64,000 nucleotides of DNA from Takakia lepidozioides (taxonomy: Eukaryota > Plantae > Bryophyta), in the NCBI GenBank assembly GCA_030704615.1, contig CM060732.1:82832001-82896000 (forward strand). Direction: 5' to 3'. How positions within the stretch are numbered: position 1 is the first letter of the stretch; every line of letters starts with the position of its first letter. Under the pieces are notes generated by a model. The model had not been told where the DNA came from. It was given only the letters and a program-made list of their open reading frames with translations, and did no database searches. Positions 37,736 through 48,789 of the stretch are shown piece by piece. Position numbers and translations under genes: made by a program.

Positions 37736-39199
37736 TACCTCCTACGCAAGTAATTCGTATTCATCCTATTAGAGTTGTATCTGCACAGTGGTCAGCTTGT
37801 CACACATGGTCTCTACGAAGTGTCTGCTATAATGCATCTACAAAAGTGGGGCACAGAGCAGTACCCGCGGTTGATGCATTTTACCTTCTGGTCTGAGGAT
37901 CCTCCTTATCCTCCTTCCAGATCTTTTTGCACACACTAGGAGCTCAAAAGTCTTTATCCTTTAGATTATTGTCCATTCTGAAGGATGAGAGGTCAACATT
38001 GCATGGGTGGAGCATACAACAGATACAAAGCATGAGGTCCACACAAAATTATAATTTGCCCTATTCTGCAGGATGTGTGCTGCATCATTACGAGAAATCC
38101 CTTCCAGTTTGTAGAGTCTCTGAGGGGCGATGAATGTGATCACATGACCTTTTACATGCAGCAATTGAACTCGATGCTGAATGTGACCCTCTAGTTGACC
38201 CAACCTTCTTGTGCAAAGGCTGGAACCCCTGTTTCAGAAAGAAGATAATGCACCAGAACTGACTTGTAGCCACCGCAGACTATATCTTTGCCTGTTGTCT
38301 ACAAACATGGGTATAGGTTATGATTTTTGCATGTCGTGTCTGCTAATGTTTGATCTTGTGGCCAGAGGCAGTGTGGTGTCACCTGGTGGTTGTAGTCAGC
38401 AACAGCAACTGAACTGCCATGGTTTTCCTTGCCAGCCTGATCAAGAATGATATGACAAAGGTTTTCGAGTTGTCACACCTAATGTGGATGGGCATGTTAT
38501 TCCACCTAATCTTGAAGTCCTCACCAATGCAGCATTGAGAAATTGAAAGCTCAGAAACATGCATTCCCAACCCTCCGCACTCACCCAAGTGTAGCGGTTG
38601 TGGAAATAGGCATTCTCTTCATCGATCTGGAAACAATTTAGTGAGGTAGTAGCTTGTATCACTTGTATCCCCCCTGGATACATGGTCGAGTGCCACTGGC
38701 GAGCTATGTAGTGAGCGACCCTCCAGTTTTAGCGCAGCCAAGGCAACTCAGCAACAATCATACTCCAACCTGCAAAACTTCTCTGCGATGTCAGTACAAG
38801 TTTCTCGCCCTCTGTGGACACCATCACTCTGGCCACATTCGTACATTCAGAGATGGGAGGTGAATATCAACAACTGGGAACTGGGGAGTACCGAGTACCA
38901 ACATTTCCAGAGAAGTGCCTGTCGCAGTGCCCACAAAGAATGGCCGCCACTGTGGTCGGTGGACCCAGTGTGTCCCCATAACTGGCCTGTCCGCACTGAT
39001 ATTCTCTTTCCATGCGAACAGTTAGCGTCGGCCATCTGTGGGGCCACCGACGAGCTCGCCTGATCACTCTTCAAATATCCTGGCAGAGCAGACATGGCCC
39101 CTCCACACCCAGGGGGTTCATGCTTCACCTCATCATCCCCTCTCACTAAATTTCAAGTGAGATTTTAGCTGCTCATCTTTGACATGCCTACACGACCCC

Positions 39200-39352
39200 A
39201 CTACAGAGGACCACGTCACTCTGCACTTAAGCCACTCACTACAGGTCATGCATCCACATCATAATGCAGTTAAGCCACTTTACTACACGTCATAGCCACG
39301 TCATGTCCAAGTCGCATCCAGGTCATACTGTAGTTAAATCACTTTACTACAT
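39200..39352 (+). repeat. Degenerate ~45-bp tandem repeat with CCACGTCA motifs
   Basis: CCAC(G/A)TCA..TGCA(C/G)TTAAGCCACT..ACTACA is repeated three times. Confidence 0.6.
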
Positions 39353-40534
39353 GAAAAACATTCTGAAGTTCTGTAGTTGCTTGAAGAATGTGTTCCCAAA
39401 GCTGCTACCAAGCTAGCTCAGTCACCCTCAATTGTATGCTCACCTTCCATGGATGTTGGTCTTCTGAAAGATATGGCCCTCTCTGTGGCTGGAGGTTCAG
39501 ATTTTGGGTTGCCAATATGCAAGAAAAGACTTGGGCATTTTTTTCTTTTTGCTTTGGTGGTTTTTCATTGTGCTCACTTGAGCACAAATTTTGAAGTAGT
39601 TTCGCTGGTGAAATACTTATTTTTGGGGTTTTGTTTTTTTGTTTTTTTAGTGAAGAGGGACGGAGGCCTCAAACCTTTATAGATAAGGACATGAAGTCCG
39701 GAAAATACAAGAGGGAAAATAACCTCAAAGGGAGGCTATTGAGGAAGGCAACGCTTTGTAACCAAATGAAAGAAAAGGGCAACGTAACTCATTGTGAGCT
39801 GGCAGAAATTATATGAAGTAGTTTCGCTAGCGCAGTATTGCTAGTAGTGACAATATTTCTACAGAGGGTTTTAGATAAAATATAGTCAGACCATGTAATT
39901 ACTAAGCAAAACCCTATGTCCGCCTATGACTTTATTTTCCATTTTCAAACATATTACCCCTATAACCGTGGATTTTGCTCATGCTTGTTTTTTTGTCGTT
40001 TTCGGCTCACAGGCAGTGATTTTTATTTTATTTTTCTCGAAATCGCAGGCTGGGCCATATGTGAATTCTACCTAGCACCCATGTGACGAGACTAACGAGG
40101 GTTAGAAAAGTAGCTTTATATGCCAGGTGGCAAGTTTTAACTGGTCCACTTTGGCAATATCAGACTCCTAATGTTGAACCACTGGTGCTTTTTGGCGAAT
40201 TGTCGGATTGTACCCCCCATAATTCCTTTGTTCAAGTAGCTCACCCATTTTCCAGGTCGGAATCTGGCGATTTTTTGCGAGAAAGAAAAATACTGCTCAG
40301 GGGATACCAAACCCAGTCCATGATTGGTTATAGGGCTACATTTCACAGGTTTCTTTGCGTCCACCTCACTTTGGTGGGCACTTATTAAACCATCTTCAAA
40401 TGAATAGAAATGTCAAATGAAGGGGTGTTGCTCTGTGTGTATACATGCCATGGATTCTCAATCAAAGTCCTTCTCATGAAATGACCAATGCATAGTATGA
40501 TGATGATGTGGAACCTGTCTATAAATAGTGCACG

Positions 40535-41908
40535 TTCCAAAAAGGCCTTGATGTGAAATGCATTGCAATTCACTTGATCACCCCCCTTAAAGTGCGCAAT
40601 TCAATTGAATTGCAAGGACAATTCAAGGGCAATTCAATTGAACTGCTAAAACTAGCTTGAAAACAACCCTAATTTGCAATTCAATTGAATCGTCAGCACA
40701 TGATTCAATTGAATTGCTAGTTGACAATTCAATTGAATTGTTGACTGCAATTCAATTGAATTGTGAATTTGCAAATCAATTGAATTGCTAGTTGGCAATT
40801 CAATTGAATTGCTGACTACAATTCAAGTAATCTATAATTTTTAACTTATTTCTGTATATATTGTATATATATGTACATATTTAAATTATATATATACGCA
40901 TACAAAAATATAAGCTAAAAATACATGTTGCCCGTCTATTCTTGGTGTCCGTCTGTCAATCCTTTGCCCATGGTAAGGCCTGAGCCCGATATAAGCCTAA
41001 GGGAGAGCGGGAGAGGGAGAGAGAGAGAGAGAGGAAGTCATGAAGCGCTTGTAAATGCGGGATTGTCCCTCTTTGTGGATGTTGGTGCCAATATGTGGCT
41101 ATGTACATATACCAAACATGATACCAATGTAAGAGTATCAATGTGTAAGAGTTTGATATATTAAACTTATATGGAACACACATCCCAACTTCAACATGAT
41201 AGCTTTGTAAGGGTATCGAAACAATATTATTTTTGATAATTCTCAAGATGAACATGTCATTTGTTTTCTGTGTCCTGGGCCAGATACTAGTGTTAGGAGA
41301 CCACATGATGATGCAGGGAAGCCTTTCATCAATTGTCAGGTTTGATTTTGTCTATTTCTTTCAGAGGCAGCCATGTTTCTTTTGCCATTGAATCGGAGGA
41401 AGCTGCTGATCTCTCTCCCTCTCTGGCTCTCCCTTTCTCGCTGAGGCTGAGGCTGGCTTCACAACTCCACAATTTCCTCAAGGGCACAAGAAAGAGGGGC
41501 AGCAAGAATAGCCGGGCAACATGTATTTTCAGCTTATACTCTTATATGTGTATAAGTATAATTTGAATATTATATATATTATGTACATAAATAAGTTAAA
41601 AATTATAGATTACAATTCAATTCAATTGCCAACTAGCAATTCAATTGATTTACAAATTCACAATTCAATTGAATTGCAGTCAACAATTCAATTGATCACC
41701 CCCCTAAAAGTGCGCAATTGAATTGAATTGCAAGGGCAATTCAATTGAACTGCTAAAACTAGCTTGAATTCAATTGAATTGTCGGCGCACGATTCAAGCT
41801 AGTTTTAGCAGTTCAATTGAATTGCCCTTGCAATTCAATTGAATTGCGCACTTTTAGGGGGGTGATCAAGTGAATTGCAATGCATTTCACATCCAGGCCT
41901 TTTTGGAA
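40535..41908. mobile_element. Non-autonomous foldback/long-TIR DNA transposon (TIRs ~420 bp, rich in the palindrome CAATTCAATTGAATTG)
   Basis: 40535-40955 is the reverse complement of about 41490-41908 (TTCCAAAAAGGCCT.GATGTGAAATGCATTGCAATTCACTTGATCACCCCCC ... AAAATACATGTTGCCCG.CTATTCTTG). The core is ~540 bp and non-coding. No clean TSD was found. Confidence 0.85.
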
Positions 41909-42355
41909 TTCCCTGAGCGTTCTTGTCCCTTATGAAGTCTGCAAGTTTTTGGAACAACCTCCAGGGTCGGCTGTCCCAAACAACAAAATAACAAGTTCTT
42001 TGATGGTTGTTGCCAGATGAAAACTCAAACTACAGTACCTTCGTGCAGGTAATGTCTCTACATACTTGACAGCCATGAGGTGGAACACCCTCAAAAAGAC
42101 AGCAAATAACATACCATGGATTTTACATGTGTAGATCGTGCCGAGTCGAGAGAGAGAGATCATTGGAGTCTGTTTGCCACAGCCTGTGGAGCCTGCATCA
42201 AGCTCTGACAATTAGGGAGGGAGAACTTCAGGGAAGTGCCCAATGTGGGGAGGCTCTTTCAAGTAATCCTTGAAGCTCATGGCAGCTGAGGTTCCTGATT
42301 ACAGGGATTAGGTGTGCTGGTGAGGGCAGAAGTACTGGCCAGCCAGAGAGTGTAA

Positions 42356-43147
42356 TCAGTGATCAGTTGGCATCTGATAGCGGCACACTGGACAAGAATT
42401 GTGATGAGCCAGCCATGGCAGAATGCATTCTCCGTGGTACATATGCTTGCAAGGCATCTGCCGCACTTGAGCCCCAATTTCAGACTCGTCCTTGCAGACT
42501 GCGCACTGGGCAGTATCTCTCTCCACATGTTTTTCCGATATTTGAATCATTGGCATGGCTTCGATTGCCGACACTGATGCGGGAGGTGCCCCCCCGCTGC
42601 TGCTGCGACTGATGGGTTCGTTTCCCGACAGCTGCTGAATGAACGCAATCAAGGACTCAACGTTGCCCCCACCAGCCAGAATCTCATGCATTTCGCGTTC
42701 CAATAACATCATGGAATTAAAATCTGTCAAGCTCGACACCACTCCCCCGAGAAACCAATCATCATAAGTTTCTGCATGGCCTTGCTGGGCTCGTGGAGCT
42801 GCTCGTGAAGGTCCCATGAGCTCTTCATCGGCTGGCACTTCCAGAAAATCCAACAACGCTGGGCGGGCATCTGAGAACGTCTGAGATCCTCCCCAGTGGC
42901 GACGAAATCCTGATGATGCACGGCCTGGCCCCTCAGCTAGTCCCCGGACGGTATGGGCTACGGGACCCAAATCCCCTGCGAATGCATGCATGGTGGGCAT
43001 GATGGGGTCACTAGGCAACCCAACCTCCGCAACAAACATTCCATTGCATACGGGACACATAAGCTCAGACCCTGTTGGCCTGACGGTCTCATGGCATTCA
43101 AAGCACCAGTAGTAGCACCGATTCACTGTGCCTCCCACTGATGCCAT
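42356..43147 (-). CDS. BTL/RING1-like E3 ubiquitin ligase: N-terminal C2-C2 zinc ribbon plus RING-H2, 263 aa
   Basis: YWCFECHETVRP...CPVCNGMFVAE, PPASVSAIEAMP and CAVCKDE...MPCKHMYHGECILPWLAHHNSCPVCR. The start is placed at 43147 because the upstream in-frame stretch reads as a 3' splice site (TTTTTTCTAAC...AAGCAG), with a candidate GTGAGT donor near 43500, implying a 5'UTR intron. Confidence 0.88.
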   Translation of the reverse strand: MASVGGTVNRCYYWCFECHETVRPTGSELMCPVCNGMFVAEVGLPSDPIMPTMHAFAGDLGPVAHTVRGLAEGPGRASSGFRRHWGGSQTFSDARPALLDFLEVPADEELMGPSRAAPRAQQGHAETYDDWFLGGVVSSLTDFNSMMLLEREMHEILAGGGNVESLIAFIQQLSGNEPISRSSSGGAPPASVSAIEAMPMIQISEKHVERDTAQCAVCKDESEIGAQVRQMPCKHMYHGECILPWLAHHNSCPVCRYQMPTDH

Positions 43148-46100
43148 ATATGCTCGTGTGGTCCTGCTTGTGTACAATTTCGTTAGAAAAAAGACAATGA
43201 ATCTCATGACTCGCGCTTCAACAACCTAAGAAGTTCCAGTGCCACAGGGATGCTTTGTTGCAGTGGTGAAACTTGCTACCAAGCTTGCGAAATCTCTACA
43301 CGATGGCTATTTCTCCACAACAAAGTAGCACTAACCTCAAAGGTCAAGAATATGTACCAGTTATTCAACCAAGACCTGGCCCTTTACTGGAAAAAGCTTG
43401 GCTGTCGTGTAACTCTTAATTGCTCTGCCAGAAAGAAGCTGATCACAGGATGATCAACCACAGAGGACTCTCCAGCTACAACCCTTTCGCTGCACTCACT
43501 CAATTCCGCTAATCACCGAGAACCCCACACGCCCAGGAGCAGCTCTTCAACCACCAGCTCTCCTTGCTTGTCCTCTCTTCTTCGTCTGCATCACTTGTCC
43601 CGAATTCTTCTCTGTGTTGTCTGTTGTCGTCTCCTTTCTGTGCAATCCCAGACAACCCCACTCCACCAATCTTCCCCCACTTTGCTTGAGAACTTCCGAG
43701 TCAAAGCCCAACCCACGACAAGTCAACAAATCTTCTTCTGCTTCTTGCTGCTGGAGATGTGAAAGAGGCCGACAAGAAGAGAGAATGGAGAGACCGGCTA
43801 TGGAAGCAGGGCTCCTGCCTTCTTACAGCACTCTCCCTCTCTCCCTCACTGACAGTACTCCCACAGTACTCTCACTGTACTCTCCCTGTACCCAAATTTG
43901 TATACTTATTTATGTTCCCAATTCATGTTTTATGATGCACTATAAAGTTAGTCATTTTGGATTAATTATATTAGGGCTCATCTCATTCAAGTTCTTTCTG
44001 GGAAAACTTTGAAAGTAGACTCTAACTGAGATTTTTATATGTAGCTACCAATGAGTCCCACCGAAGTGGCTCTGGGTTCAATCCCTTCCTACCACTTTGT
44101 ACAGTTGGGTGTATCCAGCTGGGCTCAGGTTCCTTATGTGCTCAATTGATGGATGGAAGATTGGATATTTCTGCTTTTACTAGATGAATCTCATTGACCT
44201 TTTTTATTTTTTATTTTTTTATTGTTTTCCACGAAGACCCTAGCCACAGCCGCTCGGCACTGCAGCCTTGAGGGGGTAAGTAGCCTAAATTAACTCCTTT
44301 CTGAGCCACAGACAGAGGCACACAGGAGACCAAGCCCTAGCCTTAAAGACAGCAGCACAGGGAATTGTACTCCAGACCCACAGGTCAATTGTCAATTCAG
44401 AGGCAGTCGTACCACCGGGCCACGGCTCTAAACTCGAACAATGTGTATAATAAAAGTATATATACTTAAAATTTAATCCCTTGCCTATTCAATTATGGGA
44501 GGGCCTCAGAAGTGTGTGTGTTTATTGGGAGAGTTAGAATACTATCTAGAGTTTTGGTGGGTCCACAACAATCCGGACATGGCACCAGGCTGCACACACC
44601 AACGTCACCCTCGCACGTTTGTGGTCCTTTGTGTCCTTTGTGATGTGAGTTCATCGCTAGATTTTTTGAAGTTTTACACTACCCAGTCAATGTGTTGCGC
44701 TTGGTTACTGGGTACAGTTACAATGCGGTGCAGACTGAATGAATCTCACTGCATGCAAAGCATCTGTGCAATCTCAGATGGAGAACTGAGCCAGACGTCC
44801 ATCTCAAAACCAGAGAGAAACGTTATGCTGCATGTTGAAATTATCTAAGTACTGCACAATCGACCCTGCTGCAAGTTGAGAGTGCTGACGCGGCCTATAG
44901 ACAGGTAACCATCCATGAAACTCATTTGGGTCTTTTATAAAGCTCTACAGATGTAAGTTGCAGACATGAAAGTCTAAAGATTGGTACATATGCACCTTAA
45001 GATACGCTTTGCGCAATCCATCCTCACGAGGAACAGGCAGCGCTGGCAGCTGCTCCTAGCTGGGATCTTTTCCCTATCTCTATAGACTCTATCTTTTCTC
45101 TATTTCTACTTGTATAAAACAATGAGAGACTTTTGATTGTTACATATCATGGATTCCACACCGGACCAGCTGGTTGTCATGAGATGTGTGATGCATCACC
45201 TCCCCCATAATATGCACTAATGCATCATTGCACAAATCCTTCAGGTGCCGAAAAAAATTAGTGACAGGGGGCTCCTTCCAATTCCTATCATTCGCGTGGG
45301 CGGAGTACAGACTTTGAAGAGAGGAAAAACCTCCGAGCTGGCTGTGTGGTGACTGATAGGAACTAAGGACCATTAAAAGGGTGTCCCTATATTTGGACCT
45401 AGCTGGCTGAAGTCCTCCCCAAGTATAGTTTTTCTCATCATCATACAAAAGCGCGATCAGGATCGGGCTCCTTCATCAATTCTCAGGTCCCAAGCAAGGC
45501 CCCCACACCTAAGCAAATGTACTATCGGTTAGCATGTTTATTCCTCTCCCTCCTCCATTCCCCAGCTTGTCCAAGAATATCCAACAAGCATTGAAACAAT
45601 GAGACCACAATCTAAACTCATAGTAATTTCGAAGTATTGACATTATCACTAGACCCTGCACATGGCCCCACACCTAGCTAGAGAAGCCATATAGAAATGA
45701 TACGTCCTGCAGTACTACAATGTGCTGAAATAGTTGGAAGCACTAGCACGCTCTCTGTAGTACCACAACCATGTTCAACAGATCGTCTTCTTAGCTCCTT
45801 CTTCGGCATTGACTCACATCCCTCAATGAAGCTCTCGCACTTGGCATCAACAATTTACTTCAGAATCGACTTCACCGTGCAATCCAGTGGCCAGATTTTG
45901 AATCCAGGATTCCTGCAACGACATTGCCCCACAACCAACCAAATCCGAGTGACTCCAACTAACACTCACCCAACACTTAAGACTCATCCCGGGCCTACCA
46001 GGATTATATTATTATCCTCTCTAATCAACTGTAATTCTAATTAAATTAAAATTGAATCTTCAATTGGTCATTGAGGTTACTACAAATTACTCCTTTGCTT

Positions 46101-46329
46101 ACACCCCGGAAGCGATACTGATAATTTTTAATGAACCAACTAATCAATTAAACATAAGCCTTTCAGTTTGATGTTTTGATTCAAAGCAATAGAATTGTCC
46201 GGCAGAAGCTGGCACAAATAAGCCAGATTTTAACAAGCCTCAAACCGCAATGGGCTCTCTTGCTTTGGCAAAACATAAGAAGGAGGTGAAATAGAGGGGC
46301 ATAAGTAACTCAGCACAACACACCACTTT

Positions 46330-47820
46330 GACCACATTTTCTCCAAAGGGGGTTGGACGTCTTAGAGTGAAAGAGGGTTGCAATTGCATGCGGGGCCTAC
46401 ATGGAATGCATGCAAAGAGGTGGCTGGGGAAGTTATAGAAATGGAAGGAGGCCCTTATAGAGGTGTGGCGAGCTAACTTAGCGAAGCTATAGCCAAAGAG
46501 GGAGCACCGGACAAGAGGAGGGTGATAATGAGGAGAGAAGGCCACCGGAGTAAGCGCTTGGCCCGGCTATAGCCAAAGAGAGAGCGCAGCAGCGCAAGAA
46601 GAGAGGGAGGGTTGATTAAGGAGAGTAGGAAGAGGCAGCATGGGTTAGATATAGTGGAAACGACAGTGGATTGGTGGCTGGCGGCAGGGTACGCACCAGT
46701 GGAGGGGGCTCATGGATATGATCTACCATAGTTGGCAAATATGTACCCCAATCAGGTGTTGCTATCTGTACATGGTCACCATTTGTATCTCTTGAAGTTG
46801 AAGTGTATAGGTGGATTGGGACTGGGTTACTCTGAAGATGGTCATAACCTTCCTAGCATTATTATTTGGCTTGTAGGAGCTCTCCAACCGACAAGTTATA
46901 TGTCAACTTGTATTTTTATTTCGTCATGCTATCTCTATACAACACTGAATTTTCTGCTTGAAATTACATCTCCGACACACTTCTCTATGTTTCATTCTCA
47001 CGTGATATGCCTCTACATAGACTTTATATGAGATTGTCCACAATGAATGTGTACCCAAAGTCACTCAAAAAGGAAATCAACCAAACGGAACAAGATATCT
47101 AGCAATTGAGGTGCATGCGGCCCACCTAGCTATTGCATGAATTGTGAAGGTGGCTCTTGCATGGGGGGCCCACCTGGGTGCCAATGGTGAAGGAGGTTTT
47201 AGAATGGAGAGAGAGAGAGGCTCTTGTAGAGGTGTAGCGAGGTCAGCCAAGCTATAGCCAAATAAGAAGCACACCAAGAGGGAGGTGGGATAGACTTCGT
47301 GCGAGAGCGGCAGAACTCGCAAGGAGTTGCAGGGTAAGGGGGTAAGGGGATACACCAAAGCTAGCAAGATGTTGTAGCAGCTGCAAGGCAGTTGGTGGCA
47401 AGGCAATGACAAAGGATCCACTAGAGTTGGCGACTATCTGGTGCTGCTCTCTACATTATCCCTCTCTCTCAATGGCCATGAATTTCATGGCTTGGTTGAA
47501 TTTTTATTTTGTAAATGTGTCACTGAGGAAGGGTTTTTTGAAGTTCCTATGCAGAGTTGGATTTGGTAATCTCAAGAAGTCATCATATTCGCCCTGGCAT
47601 CATGATGTCGCTCGCTGTCATATATATGCTTTTGGCGACCACCAAATATATGTTGACCTATATTTTTATTATGTGCCACTATTCGTATTCAACGTTGAAT
47701 ATTTTGGTCAAAATTACATCTCCGACGCACTTCACTATATTCTATGATGAACACCATATGCCTCTAGAGCGATTTTATACAAGATTTGGAGAGAATATGT
47801 AGCCCAATACTCCAACCAAA
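46330..47820 (+). repeat. Old diverged two-copy direct repeat, period ~750 bp
   Basis: AAATTACATCTCCGAC(A/G)CACTTC at 46961 and 47711. TAGAGGTGT(G/A)GCGAG...AAGCTATAGCCAAA near 46458 and 47227. ATATGCCTCTA occurs in both copies. Confidence 0.7.
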
Positions 47821-48789
47821 GGTTGCATAAATAAGAGCGCCCTCCCTTTGAGAACTTAACCCTTAAGCGCCCACCAAGCCCAAAATGGACCTGGTGGGTT
47901 CCTGGAGAGTCAATAACTTTTGCAAATTTTAAATTTTTTTAGAGTTTTCTGTGCCATGGATCGTAGGGCCGCGTGGGGCATCCAGACGTGTGCTTTGATT
48001 GCCTGAGTTTATGAGAGAGCTCGGAGCCAAGCATGAGTTCACGGCACCACATTTGTCGCAGCCCTTTGCCTTGAGGGCAGGGGGTCGGGACGCAGAGGGG
48101 CTGCCCCTGTGGTGGGGCGGTGGCAGCAATATGTACGCGGGGCTGAAGCACCCAAGGCACTCAAGGAGGCGGAGGCGCTCACTAGGTGGAGCCCCGCACA
48201 CCGGGTTGCGGTGGGGGTGGCTCCACAAGGGGTGGTGGTAGCTTAGTGGGACTTAGTGGGGGTGGCATAGGACTCACCATGGGGCGGAGACCTTGTGGTG
48301 GGAGTCGTGGGGAGTCTTGGGACTCACCACGGTCCAATGGGGCCGTGGTGGGTGGGCCAAGACTCACCGCGACTCATCACCGGGAATCGAGGGTCTTTGT
48401 AATGGTTCGCCATAAAATGGCATGGTTGTTTGTGAAGCCCCCGCGGACAATCACAGAAGTATATATAGGGAGTAGTAACCCCGAGAACGGTGCAAGCCAG
48501 TTGGTGACCAAAAACTAATGAGTAAGCGAGCAAGCCGGAAAGCGATCAAGAAGTGGGCAGCTATTCCGGACTGCCATCTACCAAAGGGAATTTCCACTAG
48601 ACCCAAATTGGTGGAGGGTCTGTTGGGAAAAAGAAGGAGGACCGTTATGTCCCGGCGAGCAGCCGAAGCTCCAAGTTGGCCCGGCGGCCAGGTTGGGAGT
48701 TAGGCGCGTGCATCAAAGCGAGTAACTATGACTTGAAGGGGAGCTTACCGAAGTGAGGTGCACGACAACATTCGCCTGAATATAATGGG

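Noticed and set aside
43148-43207. MRFIVFFLTK... N-terminal extension of the RING protein
   Set aside because: The sequence has a branch point, pyrimidine tract and CAG typical of a 3' splice site, so it is more likely a 5'UTR intron.
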